A stretch of DNA of 64,000 nt, from the NCBI GenBank assembly GCA_036822015.1, contig DAISIL010000002.1, positions 11,268 through 75,267 on the forward strand, read 5' to 3'. The stretch is from Bernardetiaceae bacterium (GTDB lineage: Bacteria; Bacteroidota; Bacteroidia; Cytophagales; Bernardetiaceae). The notes under the pieces are model-generated. The model had not been told where the DNA came from. It saw only the letters and a program-made list of their open reading frames with translations, and searched no databases. Within the stretch, counting starts at the first letter, position 1, and each line of letters starts with the position of its first letter. Below are positions 33,247-43,091 of the stretch, piece by piece. A program made the translations under genes and the position numbers.

Positions 33247-34578
33247 TTAGTTCTCTTCGATGCGCCGAATGGATGCCCCGAGGGCGTTGAGGCGTTGGTC
33301 GATGAACTGATAGCCTCTGTCGATCTGCTCGGCACTGCGGATGATGCTTGTCCCTTGAGCCGAGAGGGCAGCGATGAGCATGGCCACCCCGGCGCGGATG
33401 TCGGGGGAGGTCATGGTGATGCCGCGCAGGGGTGTTTGGCGGTTGAGACCGATGACGGTAGCTCGGTGAGGATCGCAGAGGATGATCTGTGCGCCCATCT
33501 CGATCAGTTTGTCCACAAAAAAAAGACGGCTCTCAAACATCTTTTGATGTACCAGCACCGTGCCTTTGGCTTGGGTAGCCACGACGAGGATGATACTCAG
33601 GAGGTCGGGCGTAAAGCCAGGCCAGGGCGCATCGGCTACCGTGAGGATGGAGCCATCAATGAACTTTTCGATGATGTAATGATCCTGTGCCGGTACGTGG
33701 ATGTTGTCGCCCTGGATGTCGAGTTGGATGCCGAGGCGTTCAAAGATGCGCGGAATCTGTCCGAGTTCTTGGACGGCCGCCGAGGTGATCGTGAGTGGGG
33801 ATTGGGTCATGGCGGCCAGCCCAATAAAACTACCGACTTCGATCATATCGGGCAACAAGCGGTGGGTAGCTCCGCCGAGGGCAGCTACCCCTTCGATCTG
33901 GAGCAGATTGGAACCGATGCCCGTGATGCGGGCCCCCATCGCGACAAGCAGGCGGCAGAGTTGCTGGATGTAGGGTTCGCAGGCAGCGTTGTAGATCGTC
34001 GTTTGTCCTTTGGAGAGGACGGCGGCCATCAGGATATTGGCTGTACCGGTAACGGAGGCTTCATCGAGCAGGAGGTATTTGCCCCGCAGGGCGGAGGCAT
34101 CAATGGTGTATTGACGATGCTGGGCGTTGTAATCGAACTTGGCACCGAGTTGTTGGAGACCCCAGAAGTGGGTATCGAGCCGCCGCCGCCCGATCTTATC
34201 GCCGCCCGGCTGGGGTATTTTGGCTTTGCCGAAGCGGGCCAGCAGCGGGCCCAGTACCATGACCGATCCGCGTAAGCCGCTACCTTTCTTCAAAAAATCG
34301 GGTGATTCTAGGTAGCTCAGGTCGATATGTTGGGCCGTGAAGGTATAGCTACCCGCCGTGGAGTGGGGGGTGATGTTTACGCCCAGGTCGCCCAGGAGGT
34401 CGATCAGGAGACGGACATCGCGGATGTCGGGGATGTTGTGTACCGTAACGGGCTGGTCAGTCAGGAGGGTGGCACAAAGGATTTGGAGGGCTTCGTTTTT
34501 GGCACCCTGGGGCTGTATGCTTCCGCTTAGCCGGGCCCCGCCCTGTACTTCAAAGGTAACTTTGTTGGAAGAGATCAA
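33247..34578 (-). CDS. murA: UDP-N-acetylglucosamine 1-carboxyvinyltransferase
   Basis: FEVQGGARLSGSIQPQGAKNEAL N-terminus and overall MurA pattern, including the active-site region around C...PGGDKIGRR. The start is probably a TTG near 34578; the tracked ORF is extended to 34683. Confidence 0.9.
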   Translation of the reverse strand: MISSNKVTFEVQGGARLSGSIQPQGAKNEALQILCATLLTDQPVTVHNIPDIRDVRLLIDLLGDLGVNITPHSTAGSYTFTAQHIDLSYLESPDFLKKGSGLRGSVMVLGPLLARFGKAKIPQPGGDKIGRRRLDTHFWGLQQLGAKFDYNAQHRQYTIDASALRGKYLLLDEASVTGTANILMAAVLSKGQTTIYNAACEPYIQQLCRLLVAMGARITGIGSNLLQIEGVAALGGATHRLLPDMIEVGSFIGLAAMTQSPLTITSAAVQELGQIPRIFERLGIQLDIQGDNIHVPAQDHYIIEKFIDGSILTVADAPWPGFTPDLLSIILVVATQAKGTVLVHQKMFESRLFFVDKLIEMGAQIILCDPHRATVIGLNRQTPLRGITMTSPDIRAGVAMLIAALSAQGTSIIRSAEQIDRGYQFIDQRLNALGASIRRIEEN

Positions 34579-34800
34579 AGGGAGGTTGTGTTTGTTTAGG
34601 ACAAAGGTACAAACTAAGTGCCTGACCCAAACAGTGGATGCCCTGACCAGAGACGTACAAAAAATGATAGCCAGCAATGGCAAAGATTCCGTTAAAACGC
34701 CTTACGAAAATTTTACTTTTTTTGTAAGTCTGTATGCCAAAGTTGCTTCAAATTGGACTTATGTTTGATGATTGTAAGTCCTAATCTTTCAAAAAAATCT

Positions 34801-35658
34801 ATGAAGTTGATGAGAAGTTTTTTTTCTGTGCTGGCTCTTTCTATCGTTTTGAGCCTTAGCGTATTTGCACAAAACACATCCCAAATCCTGACCAGCACCC
34901 AATGGCGCTATGATGCCGACCAACTCGCGGCGGCTTTCCAGGCGCAGTTTGGTGGGATGGATGAAGGCAGCATGAGTGCCGAGCAGCGTGCGGCCAAAGA
35001 GCAGGCAGAAAACCAGATGAACGTGATGAAAGATATTCGCCTGCATTTTCAGGCCAACAATCAACTGTCGATCAGATATTACGGCAGTGAGCAAGGCACG
35101 ATGCAATGGAGCGTCAGCGGCAATACCCTGATGATGAGCCAGCAAGGGCAGACGCAGTCGTTTGACCTCCTCAGCGTATCCGCCAACGAGCTGCACATGA
35201 GAGAGCAACAAACGGGAGAAGAATCCTATCTCCTGGCCGAAGGTTACAGCCGCCCCTCCGCCAGTGCCGGCGATCCCAAGACGGGTGGTGCTTACAAGGG
35301 CAAAACTATCAGCTACTCGGGTGCGCCCATCGTGAACGCCTTTGTAGTATATCAGGGTGATAAACTCATCATCCAAAATGGACAAAAAGCCACAATTTGT
35401 GAATGCCAGGTGCAGGAAAGGGACGGCTACGAAGCCGGAGATTGCATCGGCGAACCCTTCGAGAACAACAGACAAGGCTTTTACATCAAAGACGACAAAG
35501 GCAACATCATCATCGCTTATGCCAACCGCAGCACAACAAGCCTCAAAAAGATAGCCTTGTTTTCGGTGGACGAACACAACCTTCAGAAGCACGAAAATAG
35601 CGCAGCCTACCAGCAGATGATCCAAACCCTTGCTGAGTGGTACGGCGTAAGGCCTTGA
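34801..35658 (+). CDS. Secreted hypothetical protein
   Basis: Signal peptide MKLMRSFFSVLALSIVLSLSVFAQ. No recognisable domain. Confidence 0.45.
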   Translation: MKLMRSFFSVLALSIVLSLSVFAQNTSQILTSTQWRYDADQLAAAFQAQFGGMDEGSMSAEQRAAKEQAENQMNVMKDIRLHFQANNQLSIRYYGSEQGTMQWSVSGNTLMMSQQGQTQSFDLLSVSANELHMREQQTGEESYLLAEGYSRPSASAGDPKTGGAYKGKTISYSGAPIVNAFVVYQGDKLIIQNGQKATICECQVQERDGYEAGDCIGEPFENNRQGFYIKDDKGNIIIAYANRSTTSLKKIALFSVDEHNLQKHENSAAYQQMIQTLAEWYGVRP

Positions 35659-35697
35659 TCCTTTTTATCTTCACACCCCCAAACAAAAAAAATAACG

Positions 35698-36519
35698 ATG
35701 CAGATGTTTAAGCTAGTCAGTTTTGCTTGCTTGTTAGGACTTATGGTAGCGTGTTCCTCACCTACGGAGGAAACACAAAACGCGCCAGCAGCGGCAGAAG
35801 AAGAAGCCACCAGCAGCGAAGAGCGTACTACTCCGGCAGCAGCCGAAAAGCGCGTTGCTCCCGCGCCGGTGTTTGAGCCAGGAGCGGCCAAGCCCGCCAA
35901 CCACGAAATGAGTTTTTCGACGCATTCCGACTTTTACTACTGCTTCTGCCAGAACGGACAGGCGATGCGTAGCGTAGAAGGCTTCTTGTCTTTTGGCACC
36001 TGGGAGGATACCTCCGAGGAGTTGGTGGTGAAGTTCTCCAAAGAACTCATCAGAAACGGCAGAGGCACGTATGATAACCTCGGCGGGGCAGATGCCCCCA
36101 GCTGGGCTTATTACGACGAGCATTTTTACGCCCTCGAAAACACGCCCCAAGATGCCCGCCGCATGGAGGGTTTTATGAAAAACTACATGGAGGAAGAAGG
36201 GATGATCTTGAAGCCCATGGACAAGGATAGCTGGCAAAGCTACTGCGCCCGGCCGTTTAGCTTCCTGGGAAGCTATCCTTTCACGGCTTATGTAGCACTG
36301 GATGGCCCACTGGTCAAAGGCCTGGACAAGAAAGCCCTTACCGAAATGCGTAACGAAATCTACGCCCGACACGGATTGGACTTTCCGGACGAGGAAACGA
36401 AGACCTACTTCGCCTCCAAGGACTGGTACAAGCCACAATACGACGACGTTGAAAACCTGCTTTCGCCCATAGAAAAGTTCAACATAGGGTTTCTCAATGA
36501 CCTTTTGGGAAAACTCTAA
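35698..36519 (+). CDS. Lipoprotein with C-terminal YARHG domain
   Basis: Lipobox LMVACSS. Low-complexity Ala/Glu-rich linker. C-terminal EIYARHGLDFPDEETKTYFASKDWYKP matches the YARHG signature. Confidence 0.6.
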   Translation: MQMFKLVSFACLLGLMVACSSPTEETQNAPAAAEEEATSSEERTTPAAAEKRVAPAPVFEPGAAKPANHEMSFSTHSDFYYCFCQNGQAMRSVEGFLSFGTWEDTSEELVVKFSKELIRNGRGTYDNLGGADAPSWAYYDEHFYALENTPQDARRMEGFMKNYMEEEGMILKPMDKDSWQSYCARPFSFLGSYPFTAYVALDGPLVKGLDKKALTEMRNEIYARHGLDFPDEETKTYFASKDWYKPQYDDVENLLSPIEKFNIGFLNDLLGKL

Positions 36520-36569
36520 GCCTGAAAAGGCATCCCCCCCAAAAACATCAGATAAACCTAAACCATCGT

Positions 36570-37355
36570 ATGCAAAAAATTAAATTTTTCGTGATGCTCT
36601 TCTGGCTGGCTAGCTTTGCCTGGGTGGGGCAGGCGGCCGATTTTGGGGGGTTGTATTTCTCCCCCGAGACAAAACAAGCCATCTATCTGGACTGGAACGC
36701 AGAAAAAGGGCATGTCAATGCCGTGTATGTCTCCGAAAATGGATCGCCCCATCGGCGTTTTGAGATCATGACACAGACACCCAAAACCAGCAGCCAGTAT
36801 GCCTTCGCTTACTACATCCAGATTTGGGAGCCGAGCAAACCCAACGTGAGCTATGAACTCAACCTGGGCATAGAAGTCGTGGACGATCCGCCGCTGCTCT
36901 ACCTGAACAAAAAGCGCAGCCAGGAGCGCACACGTCTGGCTCGTTTGGGCAATACGGGCCCGCAGCGCGACCTCTCCTCCGATGAAGACGCTTACCTTCC
37001 CCTGAGCCACAGCCTGGTGCAGGCCTTATCCAACATGACCTGGTGGTACTTTGACACAGAGGACAGCCAAATACACGCAGACGTAGCCGTTGATGTGATG
37101 GCAGGGCATCAATCCAACGAACTGGCTATTTCGTTGAAAGACGGTGATATGAATCTTTCAATCAGCATCGAGATCGACGATCAGCTTGGGTTTAGTCTTA
37201 CTGTTCATGCCGACGATATGGATGCCGATGAGTTGGAGGGACTAAACTACGTCTTCAACAAGGCCAGCATTGAGTTGGGCGACGACGTACAATGGCAGAT
37301 TTATTTCTACGATAAGGGAGGGGAGCCGGTCATTATCCTGATGCAATCAATTTAG
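36570..37355 (+). CDS. Secreted hypothetical protein
   Basis: Signal peptide MQKIKFFVMLFWLASFAWVGQA. No recognisable domain. Confidence 0.4.
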   Translation: MQKIKFFVMLFWLASFAWVGQAADFGGLYFSPETKQAIYLDWNAEKGHVNAVYVSENGSPHRRFEIMTQTPKTSSQYAFAYYIQIWEPSKPNVSYELNLGIEVVDDPPLLYLNKKRSQERTRLARLGNTGPQRDLSSDEDAYLPLSHSLVQALSNMTWWYFDTEDSQIHADVAVDVMAGHQSNELAISLKDGDMNLSISIEIDDQLGFSLTVHADDMDADELEGLNYVFNKASIELGDDVQWQIYFYDKGGEPVIILMQSI

Positions 37356-37458
37356 GGGGAAGGTTTTTGGGAGAGCAACTTTAATGGCTTTTGATCGTTG
37401 TAATACAAGTTGCTCCTGTCCGTAATTCCTGATCGTGAACCCCTAACCAAACCTCCCC

Positions 37459-39597
37459 ATGAGTCGCCCCCGACGGATGAGCAAATGGCTATGGATAACG
37501 GGTTTTCTGCTCCTTTCCTGGTTTTGTGTGCAGGGGCAGATCATCGAGTTTCCGAAGAAAAAACCGCCTAAGCCCGCCGAAAATATCTTTGAAATGCGTG
37601 AGTTTCGGCCCGAAAGCAAAAGCAGTACGCTTTACGCCCCCGCCATCACGTTTCCGAACATCAACCGCCTGCCCTACTACTACGACCAAAACCAGCGCGA
37701 CTATATCAACCGCTTTTATCGCGACGGCGATTGGGCTACGCTCCTGCCTACCCTGGCCGAGTACGTGAGCCATTTTGGTGTCGAGAACTTCAACAAAGAC
37801 ATCCAACTCCTGGAACTCCTGGCGCAAACTGCCCAAGAAAACGGGCGCGACTCACTGGCCAAAGAGTGCTACCGCCTCGTCCTGAAACACCATCGCGGCA
37901 ACGGCGTACAGGCCCGAAAGATTTACGACTCCCTCACCCAAAGCGAACGCTTCGATTACGTCGAACTCCAAAAATACTACGCGCTCCTGGATCGCATCCA
38001 GCTCGTGGACAGCCTACGCCCCCCCGAGGATATGGGCGTAGCCCGCCTCGACTTTGTCAATTCGGAGTTTGAAGACTACGCGTCCATGCTCTCCGATAGC
38101 GATAGTATCCTCTACTTCACGACCAAACGCAGCATCCTGGATACGGGACGCAGGCGCGGCCTCGGCCCCAAAAACACCGAAAATATCTACTTCGCCACCC
38201 GCAACAGCTACGGCGAGTGGGACAGCCCGCAGCCCTTGCTTTCCATCAACTCGGCTTACAACGAAGGCTCTCCGGCCGTGAGCCGTGACGGAACGCTCTT
38301 TGTGTTTGCGCGTTGCAATGCCCCGGACGGCTTCGGAAACTGCGATCTCTACATGAGCTATTGGCTAGAAAACGAACGCCGCTGGAGCGATCCCGTAAAC
38401 ATGGGGCCGGGCATCAACAGCGATCAGTGGGACTCACATCCCAACTTTTCGCCGGGCGGCGATACGCTCTTTTTCTCCTCGAGTCGGCTCTCGGGTTTTG
38501 GGGGAGCAGATTTGTACTTTTCGTTCCGAGATGCGAAGGGCTACTGGCATCCGGCCCAAAACCTGGGGCCGTACATCAATACGCTCCGCAATGAGGTCAG
38601 TCCGTTTATGCACCCGATTGAGCAGACGCTGTATTTTAGTTCGGATGGACAACTGGTAAATTTTGGTAGTTTTGATATTTTCAAGACCCATCAGATTGGG
38701 CAGTACTGGCAAGAACCCAAAAACGTCGGGCCTTTCGTCAATACCGCCGGCAGTGAGTTTTATTTTACCATCGACAAGTCCGCCTCCCTGCTTTACTACG
38801 CCCGAGCCGAACACAACGAAAAGTACAGCGACATCTACCAACCCGACGGCAACTCGGATTTGTTTTCCTTTCCCCTGGCCATGGGCGCACAGCCGGCGGC
38901 CACGGTGCGCTTCTCGGGACGCTTTGAGGAACCCACCACGGGAGAGGTCTTTAAGGGCATCATCGCTTTGTTTGATGTAGAGAAAAAAGTCCCCATCGAA
39001 CCCAAATACATCCGCGAGGATGGCACGTTTGAGTTTGAACTGATCGACGACCGGACGTATGTCATGATCGTCAGCGGTGAAAACTTCTTTCGCCTAGAAG
39101 AACTTTTCCATCTCAGGGGAGATACCAAAATTGAGCGTACCTTGAAGAGTATCAAAACGATACAGTTTGAGTCTCTCGAGTTTGCCTCCGGTAGTTCGGA
39201 GATTTTGCCGACGATGGAAAACGACCTGCACCTGCTGGTATCTTTCCTGGACGAGAACCCTGATTTTTACCTTCGTATCATGGGACACACCGACGCGCTG
39301 GGCGACTCGCTGTCCAACATTCGGCTCTCCCAGTCGCGGGCCGATGCCATCCGTAACTACATTTTGAGCTATGGTGAGTTTGCCGAAGACCGCGTGGTTG
39401 CGCTTGGCTTTGGCTCGGCTTATCCACTTATCATCCCCGAAAAGACCCCCGAAGATCGCCGCATCAACCGTCGGGTAGAGTTTCGGCTTTCACCGGATGC
39501 CGGTCTGATCCATAGCGATCGCTACCTCCCCCCCGAGACCATCACTACGACAACAGAAGAAACCGAAACGACGGATTTTGATGACGGCGGCTGGTAG
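37459..39597 (+). CDS. OmpA-family protein with TolB-like (PD40/WD40) beta-propeller region
   Basis: Signal peptide. Repeated PD40-like blocks (SPAVSRDGTLFVFAR, FSPGGDTLFFSSSR, VSPFMHPIEQTLYFSSD). C-terminal OmpA motifs IMGHTDALGDSLSNIRLSQSRADAIRNY...NRRVEFRL. Confidence 0.7.
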   Translation: MSRPRRMSKWLWITGFLLLSWFCVQGQIIEFPKKKPPKPAENIFEMREFRPESKSSTLYAPAITFPNINRLPYYYDQNQRDYINRFYRDGDWATLLPTLAEYVSHFGVENFNKDIQLLELLAQTAQENGRDSLAKECYRLVLKHHRGNGVQARKIYDSLTQSERFDYVELQKYYALLDRIQLVDSLRPPEDMGVARLDFVNSEFEDYASMLSDSDSILYFTTKRSILDTGRRRGLGPKNTENIYFATRNSYGEWDSPQPLLSINSAYNEGSPAVSRDGTLFVFARCNAPDGFGNCDLYMSYWLENERRWSDPVNMGPGINSDQWDSHPNFSPGGDTLFFSSSRLSGFGGADLYFSFRDAKGYWHPAQNLGPYINTLRNEVSPFMHPIEQTLYFSSDGQLVNFGSFDIFKTHQIGQYWQEPKNVGPFVNTAGSEFYFTIDKSASLLYYARAEHNEKYSDIYQPDGNSDLFSFPLAMGAQPAATVRFSGRFEEPTTGEVFKGIIALFDVEKKVPIEPKYIREDGTFEFELIDDRTYVMIVSGENFFRLEELFHLRGDTKIERTLKSIKTIQFESLEFASGSSEILPTMENDLHLLVSFLDENPDFYLRIMGHTDALGDSLSNIRLSQSRADAIRNYILSYGEFAEDRVVALGFGSAYPLIIPEKTPEDRRINRRVEFRLSPDAGLIHSDRYLPPETITTTTEETETTDFDDGGW

Positions 39598-39599
39598 GT

Positions 39600-39968
39600 T
39601 TATCCGTGGCGGTAGATTTTAATTTTTGCATACACGAAGAAGCCAAAGCTCCCCAGGAGGCTCATCACGGCTACGTTTTCGTAACCATCCACGTAGCGGT
39701 ACAAGATCAGGCTTCCCACGACACCGGCGGCAAAGAGCGCGTTGGTGAGCAAGCCCGCCTGTGGGCTGCCCCAGCGTTTGTCGGCCATGGTGGCATTGCG
39801 TCTAAAGCCACTGCGGATATAGGCGCCGGCTTGATAGTCGGACTGGTTTTCTTCGCTTTGGATACGGGCTTTACGTGCCATGAGTTCCTCGCGGTCGGGG
39901 TCGTAGTGGCGTGGCTGATAGTGGAATCGGCGATGGCGCGGCAAACGAAAGGGAGAAAAAATAGACAT
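39600..39968 (-). CDS. Small membrane protein (two predicted TM helices), hypothetical
   Basis: Basic N-terminal segment, then two hydrophobic helices (LLTNALFAAGVVGSLILY, VAVMSLLGSFGFFVYAKI). Internal start at 39968 preferred. Confidence 0.35.
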   Translation of the reverse strand: MSIFSPFRLPRHRRFHYQPRHYDPDREELMARKARIQSEENQSDYQAGAYIRSGFRRNATMADKRWGSPQAGLLTNALFAAGVVGSLILYRYVDGYENVAVMSLLGSFGFFVYAKIKIYRHG

Positions 39969-40070
39969 GAGCAAGGGAGGATTTTGTGAAGTTTTCACCC
40001 GGGCAGTTTGTTGGTTTTGCTCTGCCCAAAGACCAACAAGAGCAAAGATACAAAAATACAAAAAGCACTT

Positions 40071-40772
40071 TTATCCCATCGCGGCCGCAATCGTGGCTAG
40101 GCTTACTTTGGCGGCCTGGGCGTTGAGGGCCGCCTGGGCGCAGCTTTCAAGGGTAGCCCCTGTTGTCAGGACATCATCCACGATCAGGAGGTGTTTATCG
40201 GCAACCAAATCTGGCTTGGGCACAACAAACAGCCCTTGTGTGGTGGCAAAGCGGTGCAGGCGATCTTTTTTGGTTTGGCTTTCGAGGTGTGCCGTACGTA
40301 GGAGCAGATCGGGCATCCAGGGGATGCCGAGCCGCTCGGATAGCCCCTGGGCGAAGCCATCGCTTTGGTTATAGCCCCTGATTTTGCGCTTGGTCGGGTG
40401 GAGTGGCACGGGAGCGATAAGGTCTATGGATTGGGGTAAATCTGTGGTAGCCAATACATTTCCATACCATTGCCCGAGTAGGAGCGCGATCTCGGGATGA
40501 TTGTTGTACTTGAGTTGGTGGAGTAAATGTTGTACATTGGTTTTGCGCCGAAAGTAGAGGTACGATTGCGCCCGCCAGATAGGAACACGCCCCACGAAAC
40601 GCTGCCAGATTTCGTTTTCGGGGTGTGTGTGGTGATCCGTAACGGGCAGAGTCAGTCGGCAGGTAGTACAGATCAGGGCTTCATTGCGCTCGATGCCTGC
40701 CTCGCAAGAGAGGCAAAAGGCAGGAAACAGCAGATGGACAAAATCGTTGAGCCAGGTTTGCGACCAGTTCAT
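40071..40772 (-). CDS. ComF-family protein (phosphoribosyltransferase-domain, ComFC-like)
   Basis: N-terminal zinc-finger-like CLSCEA...CTTC. C-terminal PRTase motif LLIVDDVLTTGATL. Confidence 0.6.
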   Translation of the reverse strand: MNWSQTWLNDFVHLLFPAFCLSCEAGIERNEALICTTCRLTLPVTDHHTHPENEIWQRFVGRVPIWRAQSYLYFRRKTNVQHLLHQLKYNNHPEIALLLGQWYGNVLATTDLPQSIDLIAPVPLHPTKRKIRGYNQSDGFAQGLSERLGIPWMPDLLLRTAHLESQTKKDRLHRFATTQGLFVVPKPDLVADKHLLIVDDVLTTGATLESCAQAALNAQAAKVSLATIAAAMG

Positions 40773-40830
40773 GGGAGAAAAGCACGTTTTGTTTAGAGAA
40801 ATATACAAAAAAAGTCTAACTTTGTCGGCA

Positions 40831-41769
40831 ATGGAGCAGATTCTGATTTCTGTGGTCAGTCCCGTGTATCGTGCCGAGCAGATCATAGATTTGCTGGTAC
40901 AGCGCATCAGCACCGAACTCGAACAGATCACGCCACACTTCGAGATCATCCTGGTAGAGGACGGCAGCCCTGACGGCTCCTGGCAAAAAATCGCCGAAAA
41001 CTGCCAACGCGATCCGCGCGTTAAGGGCATCAAGTTAAGCCGAAATTTTGGGCAGCATTATGCCATTACGGCGGGTCTGACCGCAGCCCGAGGGGAGATA
41101 ACCATCCTGATGGACTGTGATTTACAGGATGATCCGGCGCACATTCATCGCTTGCTTGCCGAGCAGCAAAAGGGCTACGAAATTGTATTTACGAAACGGA
41201 TCAAGCGTAAGCACTCTTTTTTTAAGGCAATTACGGCAAAGATATACAACGCTTTGTTTTTATTGTTTTCCGATAAGAAATATGACATTAACGTAGGTTC
41301 GCTGGTGCTATTTACCAAGAAAGTACGACAGCATTTTGTGCGCATCAAAGACAAAGATCGTTTGTACATTCAAATTTTGAAATGGTTGGGTTTTGCTCAC
41401 ACCTACATCTATGTAGAGCATCGCGAAAGAGCCGAAGGTGTATCTACCTACTCCTTTTTGAAGCTCCTAAAAATTGCCGTTCAGGGTTGGACATCTCATT
41501 CGGATAAACTGCTCCGTTTGTCCATCTATCTGGGATTTTTCTTATCCTTTCTGTCTTTTTTGGGGATATTCTTGATCGTAACGCTTTATTTTTGGCAGGG
41601 ATTTCAGTCAGGGTGGGCTAGCCTGGCAGTCCTGAACTTATTTTCTACGGGAATTATTCTGATCTGTATTGGCATTGCGGGTTTGTATATCGGTAAGACT
41701 TTTGAGCAGTCAAAGCATAAGCCTTTGTTTATCATAGATGAAGTATTAAATACAAAAATAGATGACTAA
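40831..41769 (+). CDS. GT2-family polyprenyl-phosphate sugar transferase (GtrB/ArnC/DPM1-like) with two C-terminal TM helices
   Basis: ISVVSPVYRAEQ...IILVEDGSPDGS...LMDCDLQDDP are the GT2 DXD-region motifs. C-terminal hydrophobic pair LSIYLGFFLSFLSFLGIFLIV and ILICIGIAGLYIG. Confidence 0.75.
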   Translation: MEQILISVVSPVYRAEQIIDLLVQRISTELEQITPHFEIILVEDGSPDGSWQKIAENCQRDPRVKGIKLSRNFGQHYAITAGLTAARGEITILMDCDLQDDPAHIHRLLAEQQKGYEIVFTKRIKRKHSFFKAITAKIYNALFLLFSDKKYDINVGSLVLFTKKVRQHFVRIKDKDRLYIQILKWLGFAHTYIYVEHRERAEGVSTYSFLKLLKIAVQGWTSHSDKLLRLSIYLGFFLSFLSFLGIFLIVTLYFWQGFQSGWASLAVLNLFSTGIILICIGIAGLYIGKTFEQSKHKPLFIIDEVLNTKIDD

Positions 41770-42454
41770 AAAAATAATTATTACACAGTCTAATTACATT
41801 CCTTGGAAGGGCTATTTTGATGCCATCCAGTACGTCGATGAAGTAATTCTTTATGATGATATGCAATACACCAAACGCGACTGGCGCAACCGCAACCAAA
41901 TCAAGACTCCACAAGGATTGCTTTGGTTGAGTATTCCAGTAGCGGTGAAGGGGAAATACTTTCAAGCCATCCAGGATACACAGGTGAGCGATCTCGGATG
42001 GGCCAGCAAGCACTGGAAAACGATCCAAGCCAATTACGCCAAAGCAAAATTTTTTAAAGATTATCAAGACATCTTCGAGGATTTATACTTAGATTGCCGA
42101 GAAAGCTATTTGAGCCAAGTCAATTTGCGTTTTATTCTGGGTATCAACAAGATGTTGGGCATCACAACACCGATACGCTTCTCGTCAGATTTTGTACTTG
42201 TTGAGGGCAAAACAGAACGTCTCGTAGATTTGTGCAAGCGGGTAGATGCCACCGATTACTACACCGGTAGTGCCGCCCAAAACTACATGGACGAATCCCT
42301 CTTTACGCAAGAAAACATTCGGGTACATTACTGGGACTACGCTGGCTATCCCGAGTACGAACAGCTATACCCACCTTTTGCGCATAATGTGTCTATCATT
42401 GATTTGATCTTGAACCAAGGAGAAAACAGCAGAAATTTTATGAAGTATTTGTAG
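41762..42454 (+). CDS. WbqC-family protein (LPS/O-antigen biosynthesis-associated, function unknown)
   Basis: IITQSNYIPWKGYFDAIQYVDEVILYDDMQYTKRDWRNRNQI is the characteristic WbqC N-terminus. Low GC. Overlaps the upstream gene by 8 nt. Confidence 0.6.
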   Translation: MTKKIIITQSNYIPWKGYFDAIQYVDEVILYDDMQYTKRDWRNRNQIKTPQGLLWLSIPVAVKGKYFQAIQDTQVSDLGWASKHWKTIQANYAKAKFFKDYQDIFEDLYLDCRESYLSQVNLRFILGINKMLGITTPIRFSSDFVLVEGKTERLVDLCKRVDATDYYTGSAAQNYMDESLFTQENIRVHYWDYAGYPEYEQLYPPFAHNVSIIDLILNQGENSRNFMKYL

Positions 42455-42458
42455 ATGT

Positions 42459-43091
42459 ATGGAAAAGCAACAAATCATCCGATCAGTAGCCGACTATTAC
42501 ACGGAAAAGCTCGCAGAACACGGCCCTACGCCAAGAGGGGTCGATTGGAACTCGGCAGATTCCCAGGAGCTTCGTTTTCGGCAACTCTTACAAGTGATCT
42601 CTGATGCTACTTCAACGACCTCTATCCTGGATTATGGCTGTGGCTTTGGTGCTATGTTTTCATTTATAGAGCAACACTTATCGAAAAACATACGCTTTTT
42701 TGGGTATGATATTTCCAAAAATATGATTCAGCAGGCAGAAAAACTTTATGGGGATCGGACGAATGCCATTTGGCTATCCGAGTTGAAAAATCAGGAAAAG
42801 ATGGATTATCTCGTATCGAGTGGGATTTTTAACGTTCGTCTGCAACACCAAAACACGGATTGGAAAGCCTACATTCTCGATGTTTTGCACCAATTTGACC
42901 AGTTGAGTACCAAAGGATTTGCATTTAATATGCTGACTGCCTATTCAGATAAGCCGTATATGAAGGATTATTTGTATTATGCTGATCCTATGTTTTTCTT
43001 TGATTACTGTAAGCAAAATTTTTCTCCTTATGTAGCCTTACTTCACGATTATCCACTTTATGAATTTACAATTTTAGTAAGAAAACAATAA
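42459..43091 (+). CDS. SAM-dependent methyltransferase (class I)
   Basis: ILDYGCGFGAM is the SAM-binding motif I. Low GC. Confidence 0.55.
   Translation: MEKQQIIRSVADYYTEKLAEHGPTPRGVDWNSADSQELRFRQLLQVISDATSTTSILDYGCGFGAMFSFIEQHLSKNIRFFGYDISKNMIQQAEKLYGDRTNAIWLSELKNQEKMDYLVSSGIFNVRLQHQNTDWKAYILDVLHQFDQLSTKGFAFNMLTAYSDKPYMKDYLYYADPMFFFDYCKQNFSPYVALLHDYPLYEFTILVRKQ

Noticed and set aside
31569-33335. Two long minus-strand ORFs (252 aa and 324 aa) inside the MVP gene
   Set aside because: They lie antisense to the MVP coding sequence, which has clear eukaryotic-MVP homology throughout. Their low-complexity L/G/A-rich composition is typical of shadow ORFs.
33181-34275. 364-aa plus-strand ORF antisense to murA
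   Set aside because: The opposite strand encodes a full-length, motif-perfect MurA. The plus-strand ORF is Gly/Asp/Ala-rich shadow translation typical of high-GC antisense frames.
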